Shown one piece after another: positions 9,780-17,884 of a stretch of DNA of 64,000 nt. The notes beneath the pieces were generated by a model. It saw only the letters and a program-made list of their open reading frames with translations, did not search any database and was not told the DNA's origin. Source of the DNA: Gemmatimonadota bacterium. GTDB taxonomy: Bacteria; Gemmatimonadota; Gemmatimonadetes; Gemmatimonadales; GWC2-71-9. Position 1 is the first letter of the stretch, and each line of letters begins with the position of its first letter. Position numbers and translations under genes: made by a program. The DNA lies in the NCBI GenBank assembly GCA_003220795.1, contig QHTK01000058.1, positions 756 through 64,755 on the forward strand, given 5' to 3'.

Positions 9780-11479
9780 GGCCGGTCCTCGGACTGCTCC
9801 TGCTCGTGGTGGGTTGCGGGAACGGGGAAGGGGGAAGGGGGAAGGGGAACTACGATGTGCTCCTCCGTGGCGGCTGGATCGTGGACGGCAGCGGCAATCC
9901 GCGCTACCGGGGCGATGTGGCGATCGCGGGAGACCGAATCGCGGGCCTCGGGTTCCTGGCGGGCGCCCAGGCCCGCGAGACGCTCGATGTCTCGGGTCTC
10001 GTCGTGGCGCCGGGATTCATCGACATGATGGGGCAGTCGGAGATCAACGTGCTGATCGACAACCGCGTGCTGTCGAAGGTCACGCAGGGTGTCACGACGG
10101 AGGTGACGGGCGAAGGCGGCTCCATCGCGCCGCTCACCGACAAGCTGGTGCGCGACGACTCCGACGCGATGAAGAAGTGGCACTACCGCGAGGACTGGCG
10201 CGATCTGGACGGCTACGTCACCCAGCTCGAGCGCCACGGTTCCACGGTGAACATCGCGACGTTCGTGGGCGCGACCCAGGTGCGCCTCGCCGTGATCGGG
10301 AACGCGAACCGGCAGCCGACCACGCCCGAGCTCGCCCACATGGCGGCGTTGGTGGACACCCTGATGCAGCAAGGCGCGCTGGGCGTGTGGACCGCGCTCG
10401 AATACGCGCCGGCGAGCTACTCGACGACCAACGAAATCATCGCGCTCGCGCGAGCGGCGCGGCGCCACGGCGGCATCTATGCGTCGCACATGCGGAACGA
10501 GGGGATCCAGATCGACCAGGCGCTGAACGAGCTGTTCCGCGTCGCGCGGGAGGCCGACATCCCGGCCGAGGTCTCGCACCTCAAGGTGTCCGGCCGGGAC
10601 AGCTGGGGACAAATGCGCCGGGTGATCGCGCGCATTGATTCGGCGCGCGCCTCGGGTCTCGACGTCACCGCGGACCAGTATCCCTACATCAGGGCCGCGA
10701 CCGCGCTCGATGCCTCGATTCCCACGTGGGCGGAGAGCGGCGGCATGGACTCGCTGCTGGCGCGGCTCCGGGACCCGAGGACGCGGGCGCGGCTGCGCCA
10801 GGAGATGCTCCACCCCCGAGGGGGAGCGGAGAGTTTCTATTACGAAGCGGGCGGCGGCGCCGGTGTGCTGATCACCGGCACCTTCCAGGACTCGCTGCGC
10901 GGGCTGCAGGGCAAGACCATCGCCGAGATCGCCGCCGCCCGCCACCGCGACGCCGTCGAGACGCTGTTCGACATCGTGCTCGCCGAAGGCGGCCATCGCA
11001 CCGACGCCGTATACGCCGTGATGAGCGAGCCCGACGTCCAGGAAGCGATGAAGACGTGGTGGGTGGCCGTGAACACCGACTTCGGCGGCGTGGCGCCCGA
11101 CGGACCGCTCGGCAGCCAGTCCGCTCACCCTCGCGCCTATGGGACATTTGCCCGTATCCTTGGCCACTACGTGCGTGAGCTCAAGCTGTTCCCGCTCGAG
11201 TTCGCCGTGCGGAAGATGACCTCGCTCGCCGCGCAGCGGGTCGGGCTCGGGGACCGCGGCCTGCTCGCGCCCGGCATGGCCGCCGACATCACGATCTTCG
11301 ACGCCAACACCGTGGCCGACCGCGCCACGTTCGAGCGGCCGCATCAGCCGTCCGTGGGGTTCGCGTACGTGTTCGTGAACGGGCAGAAGGTGCTGGACCA
11401 CGGCGCGCTCACGGCCGCCCGGCCCGGTCGCGGGTTGCGGGGCCCCGGCTACGTGCCGCCCGAGCGCCGCGGGCGGTGA
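9767..11479 (+). CDS. D-aminoacylase-like (N-acyl-D-amino-acid deacylase family) amidohydrolase
   Basis: The lipoprotein signal is LLLLVVGC. The motifs DVLLRGGWIVDGSG...DVAIAGDRI...APGFIDMMGQSE and SHLKVSG, together with the C-terminal ADITIFD, resemble the D-aminoacylase family. Confidence 0.85.
   Translation: MGEMRPVLGLLLLVVGCGNGEGGRGKGNYDVLLRGGWIVDGSGNPRYRGDVAIAGDRIAGLGFLAGAQARETLDVSGLVVAPGFIDMMGQSEINVLIDNRVLSKVTQGVTTEVTGEGGSIAPLTDKLVRDDSDAMKKWHYREDWRDLDGYVTQLERHGSTVNIATFVGATQVRLAVIGNANRQPTTPELAHMAALVDTLMQQGALGVWTALEYAPASYSTTNEIIALARAARRHGGIYASHMRNEGIQIDQALNELFRVAREADIPAEVSHLKVSGRDSWGQMRRVIARIDSARASGLDVTADQYPYIRAATALDASIPTWAESGGMDSLLARLRDPRTRARLRQEMLHPRGGAESFYYEAGGGAGVLITGTFQDSLRGLQGKTIAEIAAARHRDAVETLFDIVLAEGGHRTDAVYAVMSEPDVQEAMKTWWVAVNTDFGGVAPDGPLGSQSAHPRAYGTFARILGHYVRELKLFPLEFAVRKMTSLAAQRVGLGDRGLLAPGMAADITIFDANTVADRATFERPHQPSVGFAYVFVNGQKVLDHGALTAARPGRGLRGPGYVPPERRGR
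9818..9850 (+). repeat. tandem G-rich heptamers (GGGGGAA-type), G-quadruplex-capable
   Basis: The sequence is GGGAACGGGGAAGGGGGAAGGGGGAAGGGGAAC, with G-runs of 3, 4, 5, 5 and 4 separated by AA(C). It lies just after the signal-peptide codons of the D-aminoacylase gene. Confidence 0.9.
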
Positions 11480-11853
11480 CCCTCGGCCGGCTCGTCGGCG
11501 CCTGGCTGCCGGTGGCCATCCTCTTCGCCGTCACGCCACCGATCGGATACCGCTGGGACCAGGCGATCGTCCAGAATGCTGTCGTGTGGTCGTTCAACCG
11601 CTGGGAGATCGGGTGGCGGGTCGCCGAGGCCGCAGTGGTGACGCTGTTCGCGGCGCTGTGGTTCGACTCGCTCGGTGCGGGCGGCTGGTGGCTGCTCTTC
11701 TTCCTGGTCGGTCTACTCGTCGCCTTCCCGCGGCGTCTCGTCATGTGGCAGTACGTGGAGCCCCGGCGCCGGCGCGCGCTGCTGGCGCACGCGTCGCTCG
11801 ACGTGGCCCGCTATGTCGGGGCGGGGGCGTTGCTGGCCTGGAGACTCGGCTAG
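11476..11853 (+). CDS. small integral membrane protein, unknown function
   Basis: GTG 11476 overlaps the upstream stop (GTGA). The 125-aa product has 3-4 hydrophobic segments. I recognise no family. Confidence 0.5.
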   Translation: MTLGRLVGAWLPVAILFAVTPPIGYRWDQAIVQNAVVWSFNRWEIGWRVAEAAVVTLFAALWFDSLGAGGWWLLFFLVGLLVAFPRRLVMWQYVEPRRRRALLAHASLDVARYVGAGALLAWRLG

Positions 11854-11906
11854 GCGGCCGCCCACACGCTGTAAGGTTCCGCCAGCCCCGCGCATTACTC
11901 CTTTGA

Positions 11907-12476
11907 GTGGGCCAGACAACGACCAACCTCGTGCCACGTCGCGACGATCCGCCCGTGGATGACCGCGCGCTCGTGGAGCAGCTGCGGGGCGGCGATCAAA
12001 CCGCTCTGGCAGGACTCTATCACCGGCACGCCGGCCGGCTCCTCGGCATCGCCTTCCGGCTGACGGGCTCGCGCAGCGAGGCAGAGGACGTAGTGCAGGA
12101 CGTGTTCGTCGGGCTCCCCCTCGCCGTCCGGCGTTACCACGAACAGGGGGAGTTCGTGGGTTGGCTTCGCACCGTCACCGTTCGTGTGGCGCTGGGTCAT
12201 CTCCGGCGAGAGGGGCGCCGCCGGCAAGTGCCGCTGAACCCGCTTTCGGAGCCGTCGGGGGGAGCGGGGCCGGAGGCGCTGGGGGAGCGGTTGGAGCTCG
12301 AGCGAGCCATCACCACGCTCCCGGACGCCCTGCGCACTGTGTTCGTGTTGAAGGAAGTCGCAGGCTATTCGCACGCGGAGATCGGTCGCATGCTGGGAAT
12401 CCGCACCGGAACGAGCGAAGTGCGTTTGTGCCGAGCCATTCGCACACTGCGACGCGTCCTGGGGAGGGTGCAATGA
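11907..12476 (+). CDS. ECF-type RNA polymerase sigma-70 factor
   Basis: Region 2 reads AEDVVQDVFVGL and region 4 reads LPDALRTVFVLKEVAGYSHAEIGRMLGIRTGTSEVRL. The start codon is uncertain. Confidence 0.85.
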   Translation: MGQTTTNLVPRRDDPPVDDRALVEQLRGGDQTALAGLYHRHAGRLLGIAFRLTGSRSEAEDVVQDVFVGLPLAVRRYHEQGEFVGWLRTVTVRVALGHLRREGRRRQVPLNPLSEPSGGAGPEALGERLELERAITTLPDALRTVFVLKEVAGYSHAEIGRMLGIRTGTSEVRLCRAIRTLRRVLGRVQ

Positions 12477-14620
12477 TCGGGCCGTTACTGCACGCGAGGG
12501 AGCAGACACTCAAGCGGTTCGCCGACGGCGAGCTTCCGCCGCAGACTCGGGAGCGAGTCGCCGCTCATCTGGCTCGTTGCGTCGCGTGTCGGGGTTACGT
12601 CGCGTTCGCGCGAGAGCTGCGGGCCCGCGTGGTCGCGCTCGACGCAGTGACCGCCGCTCCGGGGCTGTTGGACCGCGTCACTGCGCGGCTGGCAGCCGGA
12701 GACAACGTGATCCTTCCAGTGGCCGACCCACGACCTACGCACGTGGTGGGAAGCGTCCCCGCCGCAATCGCGGCGAGTGTGCTGGTGCTCGCGACCGCGT
12801 GGCTGCTGTGGCCCACGCCTCATTTGAGCGCGGGTTCAAGCGAGGGCCTGCTGCGGTTCTCGCCTGCCCGACCGCTCGCCGGCGCGACGCTGCAGGTAGA
12901 GTACCGCGCTTCCGCCCTGCTGGCCGGCCCCGATCGGCTCGTGCTGCGCGCCAGGTTCCGCACACCGCGCGATGACCCCTACAACCGCGGCATGCGGCAG
13001 ACCACGGCGGGCGTGCTGACCCGCGTGGACCGCGAGCTGTATCGCGGCTCACTCCGGCTCCCCGACTCTGTCGTTTACGCCGTGTTCGCAGTGGAGGACT
13101 CAGGCGGCCGACACGTGGACAGCAACGGGAGCCGCCTGTGGGAGCTGCTTGTACACGACACCCTGGGGCGCCCGACCTTCGATGCCCTGACTCAGCGCGA
13201 ACACGACCTGATGGGCCGCAACTGGGAGCTTGGCTACGAGACCGCGCGTCGGGTAGCGGCGCTGTACCCCGAGCGGATCGAGAGCTGGTCGAATCTCCTC
13301 TTTTACGAGAAGCACGTGCTCGGCGAATCACACCTCGACAGCACCCTCGTTAGCCACCGGGCTCGCCTGAAGGCATTTCACGCCCGGCTCAACTCACAGA
13401 CAACGCCCTCTTCCGACGACCTGGGCTTCATGTTCTGGTACGCCCTCTCGATAGGCGACTCGACCCTCGAGGCGTATTGGAAGGACCGGTTGGAACGCGA
13501 GGCGCCACGGTCGCCGTTCGCGGCGCAGAACCGCGCCCTCGCAATCTCCGCGCGGATGTGGAAGGACAAGGACTCGCTCCGCGCGCTGGCCGACATGGAC
13601 CGGTTATGGGACGACGTGGGGCCGGCGCACGGCAACGTCGTAAACGTGGGATGGAGGGTGGCCCAGATCGTGGGGGATTCCGCGGGGCTGGTCCGCTGGG
13701 CAAGCCACTATTTGGACATGAACCGCGGCGACTCCGCATGGATCGCGACCGCGTTCACCCGCTATTCCGGCCTGCGGAACGAAGGGATGCGGCTGCTGCG
13801 TCAGGAGCTCCACGCACTCGACACCCCGGACGACGCGCGGCGGTCGCTCGAGCACACGGTCGAGGAGCAACGCGCGGCTGATGCAGCGAACGCGCGCTCA
13901 CTCCTGGCCGTGCTGGGCCAGGCGCTGGTCGCAAGCGGACACGCCACGGCGGGACTCGATACGCTCGACCTGGCGGTCCGCGAAGGGTGGGACGTCGCCC
14001 TCTTCCGGGACGTCGCGCGCACCCGCCTGGCAACCGGTGACACCGCCGGCGCGCTTACGCTGCTCGCGTTCGCGGCCGCGGACCCCGCTGCCGAGAGCTG
14101 GACGGTGGACTCGACCCGCCGGTTCATCGGCAGCGCCGTGGACACCGCGTCCTGGGGCCGTGCCGTGGAACACGGGCGCTTCGAGATGCGGAGTCGCGTG
14201 CTGGACCGCGCCACCCGCCGCCCCCTGCCTGCGAGCATCCGTCTGGAACGGGCCGCCGGGCGCCTCGTGCGCTTCGACTCGCTGGCGCGCGGCCGGGTGA
14301 CCTTCGTCGCCTTCTGGTCCCGGCGGTGCGGCCCATCGCTCGAGGAGCTGCCCGCCCTGGAGCGCATGACGGCGCGGCTGCGGCGCCAAGGCGTCGGGAT
14401 TGTCACCGTTACCGACGAGCGCATGTCGGAAGAGCTGCAGCGGTTCCTCGTCGCCAAACATCTCTCCTTCCCGGTCTACGGCGACGTGTGGCGAGACGCG
14501 AGCCGCGCCTTCAACCAGTGGGGCACGCCTTCCTATTTCGTAGTGGACGCGAGCGGGCAGGTCCGGTTCGCGTACCGCGACCTCAAACGGACGCCGGCCG
14601 AAGTCGCCGTCTTGCAGTAG
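12473..14620 (+). CDS. transmembrane anti-sigma factor (zf-HC2) with a large periplasmic domain ending in a TlpA/ResA-like thioredoxin fold with a CGPS motif
   Basis: It overlaps the sigma gene by ATGA. It has the H-x3-C-x2-C motif (HLARCVAC) and one TM segment (AAIAASVLVLATAWLLW). The C-terminus reads VTFVAFWSRRCGPSLEELP...GTPSYFVVD. Confidence 0.8.
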   Translation: MIGPLLHAREQTLKRFADGELPPQTRERVAAHLARCVACRGYVAFARELRARVVALDAVTAAPGLLDRVTARLAAGDNVILPVADPRPTHVVGSVPAAIAASVLVLATAWLLWPTPHLSAGSSEGLLRFSPARPLAGATLQVEYRASALLAGPDRLVLRARFRTPRDDPYNRGMRQTTAGVLTRVDRELYRGSLRLPDSVVYAVFAVEDSGGRHVDSNGSRLWELLVHDTLGRPTFDALTQREHDLMGRNWELGYETARRVAALYPERIESWSNLLFYEKHVLGESHLDSTLVSHRARLKAFHARLNSQTTPSSDDLGFMFWYALSIGDSTLEAYWKDRLEREAPRSPFAAQNRALAISARMWKDKDSLRALADMDRLWDDVGPAHGNVVNVGWRVAQIVGDSAGLVRWASHYLDMNRGDSAWIATAFTRYSGLRNEGMRLLRQELHALDTPDDARRSLEHTVEEQRAADAANARSLLAVLGQALVASGHATAGLDTLDLAVREGWDVALFRDVARTRLATGDTAGALTLLAFAAADPAAESWTVDSTRRFIGSAVDTASWGRAVEHGRFEMRSRVLDRATRRPLPASIRLERAAGRLVRFDSLARGRVTFVAFWSRRCGPSLEELPALERMTARLRRQGVGIVTVTDERMSEELQRFLVAKHLSFPVYGDVWRDASRAFNQWGTPSYFVVDASGQVRFAYRDLKRTPAEVAVLQ

Positions 14621-14661
14621 GTCGCCGGGAAGGCTCTAGCCGCAGTATCTTCGGTGGACTC

Positions 14662-15717
14662 ATGTCCACCGAATCCGTGACCGCCATCCGGCTGACGCGC
14701 TACTCGCACGGCGCGGGCTGAGCCTGCAAGCTCGGCCCCGCCGAGCTGGCGCAGGTCCTGCGTCACGTGCCCGCCGCGACGGATCCCCGGATCCTCGTCG
14801 ACGCCGCCACCCGCGACGACGCCGCCGTGTTTCGCTTCACGGCCGATCGCGCGATCGTGGCGACGGTGGACTTCTTCACGCCCATCGTGGACGATGCGTA
14901 CGACTTCGGGCGCATCGCCGCGGCGAACGCCTTCTCCGACGTCTACGCCATGGGCGCCACGCCGCTGCTCGCCCTCAACCTCGTGGGCTGGCCCCGCGAC
15001 ACCCTCCCGTACGACCTGCTGGGCGAAGTGCTGCGCGGCGGCGCGGACGTGGCGCGCGCCGCCGGCGCGTTCGTCTTGGGCGGCCATTCCATCGACGACC
15101 CCGAGCCCAAGTACGGCATGGCGGTGATCGGCGAGGTGCACCCCGACCGCATCGTCACCAACGCGGGCGCGCGGCCGGGTGACGCCCTGGTGCTCACCAA
15201 GCCGATCGGCACCGGCGTCCTGACGACGGCGCTGAAGCGCGACTTGCTCTCCGAACCGGAGCTCGCGCCCGCGGTGACGGTGATGACGACCCTCAACGCC
15301 GCCGCGGCGCGCGCGATGCTGGCGGTCGGCGTCCACGCCGCGACCGACGTAACCGGGTTCGGCCTGCTGGGCCATCTGCACAGCCTGCTCGAGGCAAGTG
15401 GCGCCGCGGCGGAGGTCACGGCACACGCGGTGCCGCTGCTGCCGCACGCGCGCGACATGGCGGCCCGCGGGGCCGTGCCCGGCGGCACACAGCGCAACCT
15501 GACGAGCCTCGCCGATTCGGTGAGCTTCGCCGCGGGCGTGGACGAGACCGCTCGCGTGCTGCTGAGCGACGCGCAGACCTCGGGCGGCTTGCTGATCGCG
15601 GTGGCGCCCGATCGCGTGGCGGGACTGGTGGCCGGGTTGGAGCGCGCCGGGTCGCCCGCCGCCGCCGTCATCGGCCGCGTGGTCGCCGGGCCGCCCGGGC
15701 GGGTGGCGGTCGGGTAG
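14662..15717 (+). CDS. selD: selenide, water dikinase (selenophosphate synthetase), selenocysteine-containing form (in-frame TGA at 14719-14721)
   Basis: Track ORFs 14326..14721 and 14767..15717 are in the same frame. Joined, they read MSTESVTAIRLTRYSHGAG-TGA-ACKLGPAELAQVL...TRDDAAVF...VDFFTPIVDDAYDFGRIAAANAFSDVYAMG. This matches the E. coli SelD N-terminus IRLTQYSHGAG-C-GCK. The product is 351 aa, a normal SelD length. Confidence 0.9.
14719..14755 (+). promoter_or_regulatory. UGA-Sec recoding site with a SECIS-like stem-loop
   Basis: The hairpin starts 2 nt after the TGA. CCTGC (14723-27) pairs with GCAGG (14751-55), and AGCTCGG (14729-35) pairs with CCGAGCT (14741-47). The apical loop is CCCCG and there is an asymmetric internal loop. 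Confidence 0.6.
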
Positions 15718-15727
15718 CGGGGGCCCC

Positions 15728-15964
15728 GTGGCGACGATCCGCGAGTTCACCAGCCTTACGCCGGACGCGCTCGATGCCTTGGAATGGGCGGTGCGGGAGC
15801 GGCGCCGAGTGGCGCTGCGGCGCCGCGGGACCGAATATGTCGTCGTGGCCGAACGGCTCGATACCGGGGAGCGCGAGGAAGCGCTTCAGGGGAGGCTTCC
15901 GATGACGGGGGAGATCCTGGACTTCCCGCTGCGCGAGCTCGAATCCTTCGCCGTGCTGCCCTAG
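15728..15964 (+). CDS. hypothetical small protein (78 aa)
   Basis: The ORF fits exactly between the selD stop and the USP gene start. I recognise no motifs. Confidence 0.4.
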   Translation: MATIREFTSLTPDALDALEWAVRERRRVALRRRGTEYVVVAERLDTGEREEALQGRLPMTGEILDFPLRELESFAVLP

Positions 15965-15966
15965 GC

Positions 15967-16719
15967 GTGTTCACTCGATTGCTGGTGGGGCTGGACGGCA
16001 GCCCGCGGGCCGACGCGGCGTTCGAGCAGGCGGTGGTGCTGGCCCAGCGGTTCGGCAGCACGGTGGTGGTCGCGTACGTGCGGGAGCGGAATGGGCACGC
16101 GGCCAACGGTGCGGCGATGCTGGACCGCGCCCGCGAGCGGCTCGCCACGGCTGGGCTGCAGGCCGAGCTCGCCGAGCGTGAGGGCGAGCCCGACGTCGAG
16201 CTGGCGGAGCTCGCGAAGGCGGCCGACGCGGTGCTCGTCGGCCGCCGCGGCGTCACCACCAAAGGCGGCGCGCTCGGTCCCACGGTCGGGTCGCTCATCC
16301 GGATCGCCGAGCGCTGCGTGATCGTGTGCGGCGGGCTGCCCTCGCCCATGACCTCCTGCGCGCTCGCGTTCGACGGGCGCGAGACCAGCCAGCGCGCGCT
16401 CGAGCTCGCCGTGCGCTTCGCCACCGTGGTCGGGAGCACGATCCACCTGATCCACGCCGCCTCAGACCGGGACGCCGGCCTGCAGGTGGTCGGGGTCGCG
16501 GAGGCCCTGCTCTCGATGCAGCGCGTACCGTTCGTGACGCACGTCGAGCCCGGCACCCCGGGCGAAGTGGTGGCCCGAGTGATCAAGCGCACGCGGTGCG
16601 ACGCCCTGTTCGCCGGGGCTCACCTGAGCCACGAGCACGGCCGCCCCAGCGCCGTCGTCGTGTCGCACGCGGAGGAAATCCTTCGCCACACCGACATCCC
16701 GGTGGTGATCCAGCCCTGA
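15967..16719 (+). CDS. universal stress protein, tandem UspA domains
   Basis: From GTG 15967 the protein begins MFTRLLVGLDGSPRADAAF. The first domain has a G-x2-G-x9-G-like site (VGRRGVTTKGGALGPTVGS). A second USP-like half follows. Confidence 0.8.
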   Translation: MFTRLLVGLDGSPRADAAFEQAVVLAQRFGSTVVVAYVRERNGHAANGAAMLDRARERLATAGLQAELAEREGEPDVELAELAKAADAVLVGRRGVTTKGGALGPTVGSLIRIAERCVIVCGGLPSPMTSCALAFDGRETSQRALELAVRFATVVGSTIHLIHAASDRDAGLQVVGVAEALLSMQRVPFVTHVEPGTPGEVVARVIKRTRCDALFAGAHLSHEHGRPSAVVVSHAEEILRHTDIPVVIQP

Positions 16720-16720
16720 G

Positions 16721-17311
16721 ATGCCCGACAAGACGACGCCGATCCACGTCCTCGTGCACGCCGACGAGAGCTGCCTCGGCAACGGCACCGAGCCGCCCAA
16801 CCCCGGCGGCAACGCGGCGCTGATCGAGGCTCCCGCCGGCGACAGCGTGGCGCGCTGGGACTTCTACGAATGCTCCCCCGACACCACCAACAATCGCATG
16901 GCGCTCGCGGGCGCCATCGCCACGCTCGAATGGCTGCACCGCCAGTGGCGCAGCGCCCACGTCACCTACGTGTCCGATTCCGAGTATCTGATCAAGGGGA
17001 TGAACGACTGGGTCCCCGGCTGGGTGGCGCGCGGCTGGCGCCGCAAGGGCGGCGCGGTCGAGAATCTGCCGCTGTGGCAAAAACTGGTGCAGGCAGCCGC
17101 CGGGCACACGATCGAGTGGCGCTGGGTCCGCGGCCATAACGACAATCCCAAGAACGAATACGCCAACGACCTCGCCATCCGCGCCGCCGAGCGCCAGGAG
17201 CGCTCCAACGGGCTCGTACCGTCCGGCTTCGACACCTGGCTGGCACAGCGGCGGGCGCGGGGGCAATACACCGACTACGATCCCGATCTAGACCTGCATG
17301 AGCGTGCCTAA
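16721..17311 (+). CDS. rnhA: ribonuclease HI
   Basis: The motifs ADESCLGNG, TNNRMALAG, SDSEYLIKGMNDWVPGW, WRWVRGH and NEYANDLA cover the DEDD catalytic pattern of RNase HI. Confidence 0.9.
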   Translation: MPDKTTPIHVLVHADESCLGNGTEPPNPGGNAALIEAPAGDSVARWDFYECSPDTTNNRMALAGAIATLEWLHRQWRSAHVTYVSDSEYLIKGMNDWVPGWVARGWRRKGGAVENLPLWQKLVQAAAGHTIEWRWVRGHNDNPKNEYANDLAIRAAERQERSNGLVPSGFDTWLAQRRARGQYTDYDPDLDLHERA

Positions 17312-17801
17312 AGACGGCGTCGCCGCCAACACGCATTTCTTGAACCTGTTACCCAACGGTGCGTCTGTGCCGCCGGTTGACCGCATACCGCTTTACGAGG
17401 TGTACATGCGGATGGCCGAGGAGCTCGCCAAGCGCTCCACCTGCGCGCGGCTGCGCGTCGGCACGGTGGTGACCGACCAGCTGCTCGAGAACGTGCTCGC
17501 GATCGGCTACAACGGGAACGCCCGCGGCCTCCCCAACCGCTGCGATTCGTCCGTGCCGGGGAGCTGCGGCTGCATTCATTCAGAAATGAATGCGCTCGTC
17601 AAGGCGCCGGGGAGCGTGCGTGACAAGGTGGTCTTCATCAGCGCCTCGCCGTGCGTGATGTGCGCCAAGCTGATCATCAACTCGGGCGTCACGCACGTGT
17701 TCTATCGCAAGGCCTACCGCGACCCATCGGGCATCGAGGTCCTCGAGCAGGGCCGCGTCGTCCCCGTGCTGTACGACCGGTGGGTGGGCGAATGGCGGTG
17801 A
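17298..17801 (+). CDS. deoxycytidylate (dCMP) deaminase, ComEB/CDA-type zinc deaminase
   Basis: The translation has RSTCARLRVG and the zinc motifs HSEMNAL and SPCVMCAKLII. The exact start is uncertain. Confidence 0.85.
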   Translation: MSVPKDGVAANTHFLNLLPNGASVPPVDRIPLYEVYMRMAEELAKRSTCARLRVGTVVTDQLLENVLAIGYNGNARGLPNRCDSSVPGSCGCIHSEMNALVKAPGSVRDKVVFISASPCVMCAKLIINSGVTHVFYRKAYRDPSGIEVLEQGRVVPVLYDRWVGEWR

Positions 17802-17808
17802 CGCCAAT

Positions 17809-17836
17809 GCGGAATGCGGAGTGTGGAATGCGGAAT
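17809..17836 (+). repeat. tandem heptamer array, GCGGAAT type (4 units)
   Basis: The units are GCGGAAT GCGGAGT GTGGAAT GCGGAAT. The array begins 8 nt after the dCMP deaminase stop. The same unit occurs at 26864-26957. Confidence 0.9.
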
Positions 17837-17884
17837 CGCAGAAAAGGGTCGTGCGAAACACCTCACACCTGGAAGGGGTCCGTC

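Noticed and set aside
9527-11401. A 624-aa minus-strand ORF.
   Set aside because: It is antisense to the D-aminoacylase-like gene, which has clear amidohydrolase motifs. It has no motifs and a biased R/H/G/A composition.
14533-15750. A 405-aa minus-strand ORF covering selD.
   Set aside because: It is antisense to selD, whose translation matches the family from end to end. The minus-strand product has no recognisable features.
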